From: Octopus sinensis
Taxonomy: Eukaryota
NCBI RefSeq assembly: GCF_006345805.1
Contig: NC_043006.1
Location: 104,036,001-104,100,000 of the forward strand
DNA: 64,000 bases
Direction of reading: 5' to 3'
The notes beneath the pieces were generated by a model. It searched no databases. It worked only from the letters and a program-made list of their open reading frames with translations, and was not told the origin of the DNA. Made by a program: the position numbers and the translations under genes. Positions within the stretch are counted from its first letter, which is position 1. Each line of letters begins with the position of its first letter. This document shows positions 25,856-40,063 of this stretch, piece after piece.

Positions 25856-26313
25856 TATATTTAGACGAAAAATGTTTGGAATTGTACTAAAGTTTGGAAA
25901 ATAATTTAATCTCACCTCCTCTACCTAAGAATTGTAGTCATTTTTGATAAATCTCACTTATTGATATCTTCCATTTCAGTGTGCAATCTGTCACCCATTT
26001 ATCATTTTGTGTAGGTATATAGAAATTTAGGCAGTTACACGGACATGCAGAACCATATAATCCTTACTACTATAGGCACAAGGCCTGAAATAGTCGACTA
26101 CATCAAATCTAGTACCCGACTGGTACTTATTTCATCGATGCTGAAAAGATGGAAGGCAAAGTCGAAACCAGCGGAATTTGAACTCAGAACGTAAAGACAG
26201 ACGAAAAGTATTTTACCCGGCGTGCTAACGATTCTGCCAGCTCACCTGCACACATGCTGTTTTGTGTGTTCCGTATTAACGTCTCTCTAATGTGTCGCTT
26301 GATAAAAATCTCT

Positions 26314-26724
26314 GGATCTTTTCGGTTTGAACGGCAGTTTTTAAACTAATTTCTTGGTAACTAAACACTTTTAAACTTCGTATACTGGTAGAATGTGTTT
26401 ATAAAACATCTTTCTCTCTTGGCTTTTTTGAGAAAATTCTATAGCTTGTAAGATATCTGTTGTTTTTTTCTTCAATTTCTGCAATTTCAACCAATCAATG
26501 ACATCCATTGAGGTAAACAATGAATATGTCCCTCGTTTAATAAAAAGATTGGGTTTATTTACATTTGAGCAGAAAATATGATGCCCTTCCCCCACCCCTA
26601 ACCCTAACTCTAACTAACCCTAAAACAGATCAAAATGCAACAGATCGATACTAGGGTCATAATTATGGGTGACAATTTCATATGACACCGCTAGAAAAAA
26701 CTGCCGTTCAAACCGAAAAGATCC
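26314..26724. mobile_element. MITE with 8-bp TSD and internal (CCCTAA)n, copy 2
   Basis: TIR GGATCTTTTCGGTTTGAACGGCAGTTTTT; perfect TSD AAATCTCT at 26306-26313 and 26725-26732; telomeric block 26596-26623. Confidence 0.94.
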
Positions 26725-27532
26725 AAATCTCTTAGCGGTCTACAAAGGTATTTCCCTAATTGTAATGGTCATCAATGGCACAGCTACCGGTAAAATTATA
26801 AAATTGACGAGTGTTTCTTACGCCTTCTGCACCATTCTAATTCTTTCCTGACTATCATCATTTTTACAAGGATTATCTCTGTTAAACAAACTTACCGCAG
26901 ATAAATAAGTTTATCAAACTCGATATTGTATTATGTTAACGTGAAATAATATGTCTCACTCACTTTCTCTTATTTATTCTATACATCGTATCGAGTACAA
27001 GTATCCACACATTTTACTGTAAATTATTTATTGTACTTGCTTTAAATGTAGAAAGTATATTTCGCTTTAATCTAGGGTTGTTTTCATTTAAAAGCTTATG
27101 AAACTTTTGTTGATATTTTTTCGTATTCCTTTTTCCCTTAAAACAATAAATTAATGTTTAATAGATTTTTTTAAAGGTATCTTAAGTACTTAAGCACTTT
27201 ATACACGTTGGTTAGTTCCACTTCTTTATCCTGTGTCTGTAAATCCTAATGGTTCTGCGTGAGTCATGTTTCTTTGTTTTATTAAATCTTTCAATTTATT
27301 ATTATTTTTTTTGCGTTTTGCTTTGTATCACATGTTTTCACTGCTAGATTCATTTCGTTGAAAATAACCTTTATACAAGATCTCTTACAGATAATTGATG
27401 CATTGTTTACGATATATCTATGACCACTAATAAAAATATTTCGTGGAAAAGATGTCTGCTATTTGATAACTTCATCACGTTTCACATCTTGATTGAATTT
27501 AGTTTTAAAGTAATTATTTTTCTTGTCATTCG

Positions 27533-27597
<65 letters not shown>

Positions 27598-28054
27598 TTA
27601 TTTTATTTTATTTGTTTTTATTTTTTTTGCTGATGTTTCTTTGTAGAAAGTTTTATATCAAAGTTAGATGTGTGTGTATTTATTAGTGAATGTCGTAAAA
27701 ACCTGTTTTACACATTTCATTACATACAGGAAGACAGATATTATCTTTATATTTGACTTTGACAGAGAGTAGATACTACAAAGATATAATGTGTGTACTC
27801 CTTCCTGAAATACATTAACGGTATAATGAATTCCATCTGGGAATCGAAACCGAGTTATTGAGTTAAAGATTTCATCACATCAAATCGTCCGCGCGTAGAG
27901 ACAGAGTAGAGACACTTCACTAATGGGTGTGTGTGGCGTGTGTGAGTGTGTGAGTGTGTGTGTGTGTGAGTGTGTAAGATATAGTAAAAGACGTCTTTTA
28001 GCGGTTCCAGTCATTAGGTCGCAGCCAAAGTGGCGCTTCGCCTCAAACGCTCAG

Positions 28055-28335
28055 AAGAAGAAGAAGAAGAAGAAAAGAAGAAGAAGAAGAAGAAGAAGAA
28101 GAAGAAGAAAAAGAAGAAGAACAACAACAACAACAACAAGACGAACAAGACGAACTAGAAGACGACGACGACGACGACGACGACGATGATGATGATGATG
28201 ATGATGATGATGACGACGATGATGATGACGACGATGGTGATGATGATGACGATGGTGATGATGATGACGATGATGATGATGATGATGATGATGAGGAGGA
28301 GGATGATGATGACAATGATGATGGCGACGACGACG
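28055..28335. repeat. Compound trinucleotide array (AGA)n(ACA)n(CGA)n(TGA)n
   Basis: Direct reading of the sequence. Confidence 0.95.
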
Positions 28336-28929
28336 ACTGTGCAGCTAGTCCTATTTAAATACATATATCTACTTCATTATGTGAAGGCACGTGTAGATTT
28401 AATGGTTAAGGCGCCCGGTTGATGAATCATTGGATTGTTACCACTTTCCACCTCTTCTGACAATCACCCTGTGTTAACTATCCTCATTTCTCATACTATT
28501 CTTTAAGTCCTTCATATTTAATTTTTTTTCCTATTTTATACCCATTCTAAAACATCGGAAAACGACTTTTTCTTACGTTTCAATGATTTTGAAAATCCAC
28601 TCACCTTTTAGTAAACTAATACCGATTAAACCGAGTTCTAAAGTCATACATGATATCGAATCCAATACTTTGAATGCTGTTTTAATTCATCAGATCTACA
28701 AGAGGAAAGGCCCTAGGAAGATTAGATAAGTGGAGTATAAAAAACATTATCTGGAAAGGAAGACAGAGCAATAAATGAACTTATATAGATTGGGTACAAA
28801 AAGGAAAACAAAAGGAAACTGCGTAACAGAGTGCATAAAAGAGTGTTAGCAGTAAAGGTGGGATGTAGTAGGTTTGTGGTTAGAGCTGATGAGCCGAAAC
28901 TCGCTGGGTTAGTGGTGAGGTCCACTGTA

Positions 28930-29814
28930 CGAGGTGGTATCAAAAGGTTCCCGGATTAGTTATGTTTATTTAAAAAATAACTTATTTGCCCAAGTTTTGA
29001 TACCATCTCCTTCGAAAAAGTCACCTTGCGCAGCGATATACACCGGTTCCAGCCTTCCTGCCGCTTTTGGAATCCGGCCTGAAAGTCGTTTTTTGTAAGC
29101 GAGTCGAAAACATTCTGCGATACGCTCTGGATCTCGACAAAGGTGTTAAAACGGCGACCTTTGAACTGCATTTTCAGCTTGAGGTGGAGATAGAAGTCCT
29201 CAAGAGCGAAATCTGGCGAATAAGGCAGATACAGAAGCGATAGTACGTTGTTCTTGGCGAAAAGCTCACGAGTGAAGAGAGCCCGGTGAAGAATCTAATT
29301 CTTCATGCTCTATAGATTCGGTCGCTTTCGCCGAATGCCCTCCCTCAAATGCTTCAATACTTCACAGAAAAACTCTCTATTGACTGTCTGGCATCGAATT
29401 CTCGATGCACAATATCACACTTCCAGGATGACGCTTGTAGCAGGCCTTCCAGAGCGCTCATCATTTTCTAGATAGTGCGTTATTAACTAGCTGTCCTCCT
29501 GTTTTCGATGCTTCTGTGCCACTCGAAACTTTGCGTACGACCCATTGTCTCGTCGCCGTAAGCTTGCTGAAGCATCCTCAATGTCCCTGTTGCAGACGTC
29601 CCGAGTTTATCGCAAAATTTAACGTTGGCTCTTTGTTCTGGTCCATGACAAAATTGCAGACTACAGCATACATGCGATTTACAAAAACACAAATTTCACA
29701 ATAGCGATGTCACTCGGCACACTCCCTCATGAAGATCACTGCTAGCTCTCAATGCGTACTCTTTTGGCGCGTTACAGACTTTAGTCCGAGAACCTTTTGA
29801 TTGATACCATTTCG
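28930..29814 (-). mobile_element. Internally deleted mariner element (Mos1/SETMAR-like transposase remnants)
   Basis: TIRs CGAGGTGGTATCAAAAGGTTCCCGGA vs CGAAATGGTATCAATCAAAAGGTTCTCGGA with TA TSD; EQRANVKFCDKLGTSATGTLRMLQQAYG (HTH), ERSGRP, PYSPDFALEDFYLHLKLKMQFKGRRF. Confidence 0.93.
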
Positions 29815-30152
29815 TATCCTGAAAAGCTAGAATCGAATTTGAGAAGATCGGTTAAGCAGTAAATTATAAACTGGAAAGGGAAACAGTAAATGCTTTGTCA
29901 TAAATATGGCAAATGTGTTGAGAAAAAAACGTATAACAAAGAAATAAATTTTCTTTTGCAATTTAGCTTGTTTGAAGACCAGAGCGCTTGGAGATATATA
30001 CTAATATGGCTTGAGGGGATTGGAGATACAAATGTGTTCTACAAAGCTTTCTGTGCCTTCCACCCATTAACACCAAGCAGAAACATGGGTGTTGGCTCTT
30101 CTTTAGTTACATTCTTGTGTTGTCCCTTTCAATCTTGCTAGAAAACGACAGG

Positions 30153-30215
<63 letters not shown>

Positions 30216-30223
30216 TACATACA

Positions 30224-30410
30224 CAGGGTTGGCCAAAAGTCACCTGACAATGAATCAAAAACCATTTAATTCCAAAGTTTATATGGAACACCATGGAAAT
30301 TGTTCGAAACTGAAGTCCTTGACACCATTTTTCCAAACGAATAAATAAAACTGAATATTAAGTATTTATGGAATTTTGATTTACTGTCGGATGACTTTTG
30401 GCCAACCCTA
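30224..30410. mobile_element. Tc1/mariner-type MITE (family of 16892-17124)
   Basis: CAGGGTTGGCCAAAAGTCACCTGACA ... TGTCGGATGACTTTTGGCCAACCCTA. Confidence 0.88.
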
Positions 30411-30572
30411 TATATATACATATATAAATATACATACACACACATATATATATGTATATATTTTTACGATCCCTTTTGATCGAAAACCACCCCCCCTTTT
30501 TTTTACCCCCAAAAGAAAAGCTCTACCTTGTAATTTGTTCTGTCTGTGTGCAGCCCTGTGTGGCTAATAAAG

Positions 30573-30651
<79 letters not shown>

Positions 30652-33329
30652 TAGATATTAAGTAATAGTTGTTACTACCTCAATGTGGTTGTTCCGTACA
30701 GAACAGTGTAACTACTTTTTTTAACCCCAGGAGGATACCTCCTCCCGTTGGTTAACGACACAACATCTGTGTCCGTTATATTGCAAACAAGGGAACGAAC
30801 AACTATCCAACGTTGACACGACCAGTAGACTATCTGGTCTCAGGGTCTTACATGGCAGTCGTTCGTCCCACTTCGCAATATATAAATAAATAAGCGACAT
30901 TCATTGATTAGATTCCTAGGGTGGAAAAAGGGTGCATTGTGTGTTGTGCAATGTATGTTATTTCTTGTTACTCCAGTTCATTCAGCTGAAATGAAGTCCA
31001 TCAGGATGTTGGAGCATCCCCATTGTTCTTCCATCTGTCACATCGTGTGTTTTTTTATTATTTCCGATACTTAGAAGGTAAATTTAGGAATTTTTATGCA
31101 CGTCTTTCAGTAGATCACCTTCCAACCGAATATTCTGTATCTTTGTACTAAGCTGTATAGCTTGTGTGGCAGTGTTACAGTTCATAATAACCAGTAACAG
31201 TACGTTAGAGCTATTTAGTTAACAGAGTTCAGAAGTTAGAAAGTAAAGTTACCCCCTAAAGTGTTGAACAAAGGACACATAGAAAACATAGATAAATTTG
31301 CCGGACGCTTTATCAATTTTTTAAAACCATTCACCATTTAGTAAAACAAATAATGGTTTCTAAATTAGGTACAAGGTCAGCAGTATAGAAAAGTTAGGGT
31401 TTGTCGATTACACTGATTCCAGCCCTTGACTGGTGCTTCATTATATCGTCTCTGGAAAGCTGAAAGGTAAAGTTGACGAGGATTTGAATTGAGAATGTAA
31501 AGAGCAGGAATAAATATCGAAAAACGCTTTTTCTTACGTTCCAAAGATTTTGAAAATCCACACACCTTTTGGTAAACTAATAACGATTAATCTGTATTCT
31601 ACAGTCATACGATTTGGATAGGTTAGGATACAGAAGATGATATCGAATCCAATACTTTGCTATATTAATCCATCAGTCCTACTAGAGGAAAGGCAAAGTT
31701 TTTCCCCCGTGTTATTTAAACTGACACAGCTAAATCCCACAAAGCTTTTTATCGCTATCACGATTTTATCACGATCAGATTCCGTCAAAATAATTTTACC
31801 GGGTTAATCCATGGTTATCGTAAAAAACAAATTGTCCACGGTACTGTATAATGGGATTGAAATTGAACGCATGATTCCACCCAATCTAAAATAAAATATT
31901 AAATAAAATACCCGTGTTATATGGGGTCAATATAGATTTTACCACATTAATCACCATTCATTCATTATTACTTTAGATACGTTGGTTTGCTCTTTAAACT
32001 ATGCATGTGTCAATGTATCTCTGTTTCATTCGGTCCTTCATTTGTTTCATGCTGGGGCACTAGGATGTGGAGTTTCATCTCAACCGAATGGACTCTTGTA
32101 TTTATCTTTGAAGGTCTGATGCTCATACAGTCGGTTGCTTTTTACTGAGTCTCTAATTTACGGGGACGTAAATAAACCATAGCTGTTTGTCACATGGTGA
32201 GGCGCAAAACATTATTGTATTTGCACACACATACACACTCTCGGTCATACACGCACTCGCTCACACACACACATATACATATACATACACAGCAGCTTCT
32301 TTTCAGTTTCCATTTGACAAATTCATTCAATGTCCGGGTTTATAGAAGAAGAAACTAGTTCAAGGTGCCACGCAGTAGGACTGAACCTGAAACTAAGGGA
32401 TTAGAAAGCAAAATTTTAACTTCCATACATATGCCTGCATCTATCACTGTTTCATTCATTTATTCCTTTTAGAATTTATCATTAATTTTGGCACCACGCG
32501 TATTGCACCAACACATATCCCAAGAAACATTTAAAATACGACAAACTACAATGTTTTACGCTTTATATTTTAGCGAGTAATCAATAAATTTAACCCTCCC
32601 CCCACACACACAGACACACACATACACATACACACATAAACACACACAGACACACACACGGAGATCAGCAACAAAGATCAAGAACAAAAACCTGATGGAC
32701 GTTGAATCTTGAACAGATTCTGATACTGCGGAACTGAAACGAAATCCATCAATCAAACTAAAAGCTTGGATAGCAATACAAAGCTTCTAAGTTTTGTTTT
32801 TCTTCTTTTCTTGATACTTTGGATCGGAAGAAAGATGTTAGTGGTGCCAGCTATTCTAATATTTCAGAATAAACAGTGAATAAACTATTTAACCCTGCAT
32901 CTGGATTCGTGCGAGATAGTTATCGAAACAATAAATTATCTGGTGTATCTAGAGCTGTAGTCGAAGCGTTACATTATATTCCATCATATTTGATTTCTTA
33001 GAAACAACCTTTTAATGAAGAAGGTCATTGTCTGCGACAGCAGTCTATTTTCCAAGAATATTTCCATAATCTAAAATTGTCTTTCTCCGAAACTGATTGG
33101 AGCAATTTTCTCCAATTAGTTTCGGTGGAAGACCAGATGAAGGGGCACATAACCGACTGACCGATCTGCTTAAAATAACAACCAAATTTCCCTCAACTTA
33201 AATCCTTCTATCTTAAGCATCCATCACAGTCATTTTTTGCTATCTTGTGGCTTGTTTGCCTTAATAAACCTGAGAGCTATTCAAGCAGAGGGTAACCCTG
33301 AGCGCTATTCAAGCAGAGAAGCAGAGGGT

Positions 33330-33457
33330 CGTCGGACGCTTTCTGTCTTCTCCCATCCTCACCATCTTTTATCATTATCATTCGCCTCATCAATGTCTTG
33401 TCCAGCCCGCAAAGCTACTCATCTTTGTACTGTCTTTATAGCAAATGAAATGAATAA
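33330..33457 (+). mobile_element. 128-bp 5'-truncated retroposon, the 3' end of the family at 41620-42944
   Basis: 11-bp TSD AAGCAGAGGGT (33319-33329 and 33458-33468); CTTGTCCAGCCCGCA..GCTACT...TTTATAGC..AAATGAAAT(G)AATAAA is homologous to 41620-41720 (-). Confidence 0.8.
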
Positions 33458-33809
33458 AAGCAGAGGGTAACCGCCTGGTAGGGCCGCCGATCTTGAATAG
33501 GTCAACATATAGAGGTCAGATTAATATGGAGCATCTTTTCCCAGAGATAAAAATGGGTTTACGTAAAAAGCACAGAAGCATAGATGACAACCCAAAACCA
33601 ACCAGACCTGGTAGAGGAGGCCCTCCGTGAGGGAAACATATGACGTAACATCTGAAAGAAGGCTGTAAGTTTGCAGCGCTTTAAAGACAGAGATCGAACT
33701 GGTGAGAAACAAAAAGACATCCCAGGGTCGAGGAGAGCAGGGAAAAGTCGTCGATGGCCAATGCTTCTTAGCGGGGGATGAGACTAAGTAAGTAAACACA
33801 AACATATTT

Positions 33810-34330
33810 GTTTTAAATTTTGGCACAAGGCCAGCAGGTTTGAGGGAGAAGTATTTCGATTACATCGACGTCAGTGTTCAACTGGTACTTATTTTGTCGA
33901 TCTTCAAATTGTGAAAGGCAAGGTCGGCTTCAGCGGAATCTGAAATGGGAACGTAAAGATGGACGAAATGCTGCCAAGCATTGTTCGCGATCCAGTAATG
34001 ATTCTACCAGCACCCTTCCTTTATAAACATAAACAGATTTATTTGAAATTTTGGCACAAGGCAAACAATTTCGGGGAGGAGTTAAGTCGATTGCTTAGAC
34101 CCCAGAACTCAACAAGTACTTGTTTTATCAAGAAGCATGCAGATTTGGGATAGGAATTAATAAGTCGATTACATCGACACCTGTGCTCAACTGGTATCTA
34201 TTTTATCAATCCCGAAAGAATGAAAGGTGAAGTCGAAACCGGAAGAATTTGAACTCAGAATGTAAAGACGGACGAAATGCCGCTAAATATTTTGTCCGGT
34301 GCAGCAACGATTCTGCCAGCTCGCCACCTT
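33810..34330 (-). mobile_element. Cluster of SINE family B copies
   Basis: Repeated TCGATTACATCGAC...AACTGGTAC...GAACTCAGAA...CTGCCAGCTCGCC segments. Confidence 0.85.
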
Positions 34331-34483
34331 AGTAAACATAAGAATATTAAGAATTGGGATGAATGATACATTGAATAACGAAGTTTCAAATAAGTCTTGG
34401 CGGTATGCCTTTAATGAAGGGCCAGCTCAAATAGGACTGAAATGAGGCTAAACAACAGTGATATATATATATATGTAATATTA

Positions 34484-35507
34484 CAGTGTAGAATGTGCTC
34501 TGAGAAGGGAGAAAGTATAAGCCATATTGTTAGTAAGTGCTGTAAGCTCGCATAACGCGAATACAAAAGGAGACTCGACAATGTGGCCAGATATGTCCAC
34601 TGGCTGTTGTGCGGTAAAGCAAACCTCGAGAGAGCAGAATAAGGGTATGAACACAAGCCAGAGGGAGTAATGGAAAAGGAACATTACCAATACTCTGGGT
34701 TTATATCATACAGTTCGACCAAGTCATAGAGGCGAGAGGGCAAGATATCGTGGTCATCCATAAAGATGAAAAAGAAGCAAATGTAATAGATGTTGCAATA
34801 CCAGGGGATTAGTGGGTGAAATATAAGGAAACAAAAAGGAGTGAGAAATACCTGCCACTGCGGGACGAGATAGGAAAGTTATGGAGTATGAGGAGAGTAA
34901 TGGTGATACCGGAGGTAATTGGAGCATTAAGAACAGTTTCCAGGGGCTTTGGAAGACGTATTAAGAATGTTGGATCTGCTGTCAGTCTCGGAGTGATGCA
35001 GGAGACGGCATTGTTGGGCACGGCTGGCATTCTAAGGAGAGTATTGTCTCTTTGAGTCACAGGAGAAAGCGCACTACTTGAAACCTTTGGCTGGCATTCT
35101 AAGGAGAGTATTGTCTCTTTGAGTCACAGGAGAGGGGCGCACTACTTGAAACCTTTGGCTGGCATTCTAAGGAGAGTATTGTCTCTTTGAGTCACTGGAG
35201 AGGGGCGCACTACTTGAAACCTTTGGCTGGCATTCTAAGGAGAGTATTGTCTCTTTGAGTCACTGGAGAGGGGCGCACTACTTGAAACCTTGGCTGGCAT
35301 TCTAAGGAGAGTATTGTCTCTTTGAGTCACTGGAGAGGGGCGCACTACTTGAAACCTTTGGCTGGCATTCTAAGGAGAGTATTGTCTCTTTGAGTCACTG
35401 GAGAGGGGCGCACTATTTGAAACCTTTGGTGATGTGTTATTGCCTGCTTTCAAGTAAAGAACAACCGCAAATAGAACAGCGAAAATCAAAACAACAACAA
35501 CAACAGC

Positions 35508-35590
<83 letters not shown>
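34484..35590 (+). pseudogene. 3' end of an RLE-type non-LTR retrotransposon (R4/Dong/NeSL-like)
   Basis: CCHC knuckle CRMCSEKGESISHIVSKC, REYKRRLDNVA, endonuclease motif DIVVIHKD...IDVAIPGD, terminal ALLGTAGILRRVL*; followed by (CAA)n(TAA)n; several stops and frameshifts. Confidence 0.9.
35022..35429 (+). repeat. Six tandem copies of a 67-68-bp unit spanning the retrotransposon stop codon
   Basis: GGCTGGCATTCTAAGGAGAG... starts at 35022, 35089, 35157, 35225, 35292 and 35360. Confidence 0.97.
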
Positions 35591-35591
<1 letters not shown>

Positions 35592-35797
35592 TTCTTTAAT
35601 CTTTTATCTTTTACTTGTTTCAGTCATTAGATCACTGATTTGAAGAATTTTTAGTCGAATGAATCGATCCCTATACTTTTGTTTTAAAACCTGGTACTTA
35701 TTCTATCGCTCACTTTACCGAACTGCTAAGTTACGGGGATGTAAACACACCAACACCTGTTGTCAAGCAATAGTGGGGGACAAACATCGACAGAAAG

Positions 35798-35836
<39 letters not shown>

Positions 35837-36403
35837 CACGATGGGCTTCATTCAGTTTCCGTCTATCCACTCACCAGACTTTGCTCGATCGGAGATTATA
35901 ACAGAAGGCGCTTACGCAGTGTGCCATATTACATATAAACGCTAGTTCCAAATAGTGATACGCGGTATCAGTATCAACTTGTTATCAGAATGGTTTAAAT
36001 CTAAGACTGGTTGACCTCTCAGCACTCCTTTCGTTATTAAGTCTTTTTATATAAAGTTATTGAAGAATTAGACGAATAACTAATATTTGTCAAATGAAAT
36101 GAAAATTCTTTTGCTTTCACTTAACCCTTTGAACTTCATTAATATAGTTTAATTAACCATATCTAATTTTCATAATTAAAGAACGAAATATAGCTAATAA
36201 TATTAAGCTCGAAACAGCAATTCAGTGCAATACACTCAAAACTGTTAAAAACCTAGGAAAACAATTTCTTTCCTTACGTTGAAGATAAATAAATATATAA
36301 TATTATACATTTAATAGTGTTCTATTATGCAGAAAATGGTTTTATTAGGATAATTCTGTGCCATTTACAGCTATTTGTAGCCTAGGAAAGGCCGGGAATT
36401 TTG

Positions 36404-36465
<62 letters not shown>

Positions 36466-36485
36466 TCACACACGCACACACACAT

Positions 36486-36540
<55 letters not shown>

Positions 36541-36544
36541 ACGG

Positions 36545-36637
36545 TAGATAGATAAACAGATAGATAGATAGAGAGACAGACGGACGGACTGTCAGACAGA
36601 CAACCAAACAGACAGACAGACAGACAGATAGATAGAC

Positions 36638-36696
<59 letters not shown>

Positions 36697-36727
36697 TAGA
36701 TAGATCGATAGATAGATAGATAGATAT

Positions 36728-36764
<37 letters not shown>

Positions 36765-36775
36765 TATATATATAT

Positions 36776-36856
<81 letters not shown>

Positions 36857-36872
36857 GATATAGATAGATAGA
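36545..36872. repeat. (TAGA/CAGA)n microsatellite
   Basis: Direct reading. Confidence 0.96.
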
Positions 36873-37088
36873 TGAGATATTTTCTTTCAAAAGCAATTAA
36901 TGTAGTTCACTCAAAAACTGAAGAATCTGAAAAATAAAAGAAAGGACATAACACAGAATAATGAAAACCTAACAATGGTGTTGCCATTGTGTGCAAAGCA
37001 GCTGGGAAAAGTTTTAACAAAATCAATTCTCAGAGAACCGAGAAATCCAAAATTTCACTCCTATGCTTTTAGCGTAGATCTGAGTGTT

Positions 37089-37148
<60 letters not shown>

Positions 37149-37459
37149 GTGTGTGTGTGTGTGTGTGTGGTGTGTGTGTGTGTGTATATGTATGTATGTA
37201 TGTAAGCATATGTACGACAAGCTTCTTTCAGTTACCCTATACCAAATTTGTTCACAAGGTCAGTCCGAAGCTATAGCAGAAGACACTTGCCCAAGATGGC
37301 ATACCGTGGGATCGATCTCGGAGCAAACTTCTTACCACACAGCTTCACCGGGGCCAAAGGTCACGAATGTGTTGCGATATTTAATAACTATTTTTCTGAA
37401 AATTAATTTCTTTTCTTATTTTCGTTACACATTTTGTAGAGAAGATCTTCGAGATTAAC

Positions 37460-37815
37460 TATGGAAAAGATCCCGACCGAACAACAAACACAAACGGTTA
37501 AATTTTACTATCAAAAGCAAGGGTCGATAATTCTAATTCAACGAGCATATCGTCGATATTACGATGTCAGGGATTATCCAAACGAATTAGACGTTTGATT
37601 GGTCCTTTTGAGGGACAGGGGTTAGTAAGCGACCTTCCAGAAACTGGCAGACCCTACTCTGTTAGAAAGAACTCATTGTCAGTCGTGTAAGGGAGAGTGT
37701 TGAAGAAGACTTGAACACATCAACAGGACAGGATGGAGTCTCCTGGACGTCGCTCCGACTTATCCTGAAAACCTTGAGCCTTTTCCTATATAAAATTCAG
37801 TTGGTGCATGTGGTT
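37460..37815 (+). pseudogene. Tc1/mariner (DD37D/DD41D-like) transposase N-terminal remnant
   Basis: MEKIPTEQQTQTVKFYYQKQGSIILIQRAYRR, PETGRP, VRESVEED and LILKTLSLFLYKIQLVH in broken frames. Confidence 0.75.
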
Positions 37816-38328
37816 GTGTCATATTTCCAGTTTGAGAATAACCTTTCCCTACATCGCACGTATCTGGGTCTCATCGAAAAAATAAATAGGTCAACGCGTA
37901 CAGCACATCCATTTCTGCAAAACATAGTAAATCATACTGCCCTTTAAAAGACATTTAGGGATACGTTAACAAATACATGCTACCCTCTGTTTAAGACGAT
38001 AGAAAAAATTCGAGTTGATGCAGTGATGACGTGAAACCCCACTTCATCGATTTGAAAGCTAAGAATTTGAAAAGGAAGGGGTTTATTTGGTTAAAATTTA
38101 GAGAAGTAAAAAGTCGGTAGTTATTAAATAAACCCTTAGTTAATGAGTCACAAGGGGATTTCGAACTCAGAACATGGTGCCAAGTAATGAGGCATGGAGG
38201 AACGTGATCCAGGATTTGTGTCAAAACACAGTTTGACAAAAAGTGCAGAATAAAAGAAATAGATATGAATAGATTTGCTTGCATACCTGTGTGGCCCGGA
38301 TGACAGGTAAATATGTATGCGAGTGAGA

Positions 38329-38400
<72 letters not shown>

Positions 38401-38681
38401 TTGAATGTATATATGTGTGCGAGATTTTGCGAGTGTGTGCATGTATGCGTGTGTGCATGTATGTGTGTGTGCGTTTGCTTGTGGTGTGTGCACGTGTGTG
38501 TGTGTGTGTACTGCTTAGTAGGCACCTGTCTCGTGTAATGTGTGTGCCGTGTGTGCTTATGTGCATTGTTAAGAATGAATGTAGGTCGGTGTTGAAAATC
38601 AACCGGTATTTCCCAGAAAAACACAGACACTCATATATACATATATTCATATATATATGTGTGTGTATATAGATATATATG

Positions 38682-38747
<66 letters not shown>

Positions 38748-38843
38748 CATATATACATATATATATACATATATATATACATATATATATATATTATATA
38801 TATATACATATATATATATATATACACACACACATATACATAT

Positions 38844-38907
<64 letters not shown>

Positions 38908-39659
38908 TGCATGTTTGAGCATGTATGTGCGTATACCTGATTTAAGCTGAGTGTGTATTTTAGTTTCTGTTTAGCTGTGTGTATATGTTTGCGCATTAAG
39001 AAAGAAAGCAATAAAGAAATAAAGCAAGAGAGAAAGGAAGGAATGAAGAAAGCAAGGCAGGCCGACCCCCGTCTGTTTAACTATGTGTGAATGTTTATGA
39101 TGTTTAAAGAGGGTGGCTTAAACTAAAACGTATATTTATTGCACAGCTCTAATGCTTTGAATAATGGCGTGCTATACTCATGCGAATGTTATGTAATTAT
39201 TACAGTGAATCCAGGTCAAAATGTTCAGCTAAGCATTCACCAACGACTGACTAACAACCGAATGTGAAGTTAACAACGTTTTAAGAGAATATAACTACTG
39301 CATAATTGATTAATGCGTATATTATATAAATATACATGCGATACATATGTGTATGTGTGTGTGTGCATTTGTATGTGTGTGTTTGTATGTATATACTTAT
39401 CTATGGATATAGATATTGGTCTCAAATTTCGGCATGAGGTCTCTAATTTCGGTGGAGGGAGTAAGTCGGTTTCATCGACTCCAGTTCTTAACCGACATTT
39501 ATTTTTCGACTACGAAAGGATAACAAATAAAAAAATCGACCCCAGTGGAATTTGAACTCAGAACGTAAAGACGGACGAAATGCTGCTAAGCATTTTGCCC
39601 GGCCACCTTATGATTCTCCCACCTCGCCGCCTTTAGATGGATATAGATATTGGTGTATA

Positions 39660-39800
39660 TCTATAATAATAAATGCGAAATTCTGCATGTCTGTCTGTCC
39701 GTCCGTCCAGGACCCCCGTATCTCATTCTATATTTGCTTTACATAAACATGTTATACCTATTTGGAATCAGGACGATCCCGGGATTGAAAGCCTGCCCTT
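39660..39800 (+). mobile_element. Probable 5' terminus of a non-autonomous Helitron
   Basis: A|TCTATAATAATAAATGCG followed by (GTCT/GTCC)n, similar to the 53554 terminus; no 3' CTAG end located. Confidence 0.45.
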
Positions 39801-40063
39801 CATTTGGTCATTGAACATCTAGCGTTGGGGTCAGGTCTGGATGAGGATTTGTTATTTGCTAACAGTTGAAAATTCAAATTTTAAACGAACTCCAAAAACT
39901 GAATTTAAAGTAATACTATATTGGTAGTGTAATACTAATAAAGGCTTTATTACTATTGTCCTCATTATCTTTGGACTTCAGGCCCAATTAACACTCTGCA
40001 AAAGCTAACTTAAAAGTCTGCACGGTGTGTGGCTTTTATGCTAGTATTTATACATACCGGGTG

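Noticed and set aside
28886-28905. CTGATGAGCCGAAACTCG
   Set aside because: Only 3 nt lie between the core halves, so there is no stem II; likely chance.
35022-35429. CRISPR-like array
   Set aside because: Units are contiguous with no unique spacers, derive from a retrotransposon end, and the context is eukaryotic with no cas genes.
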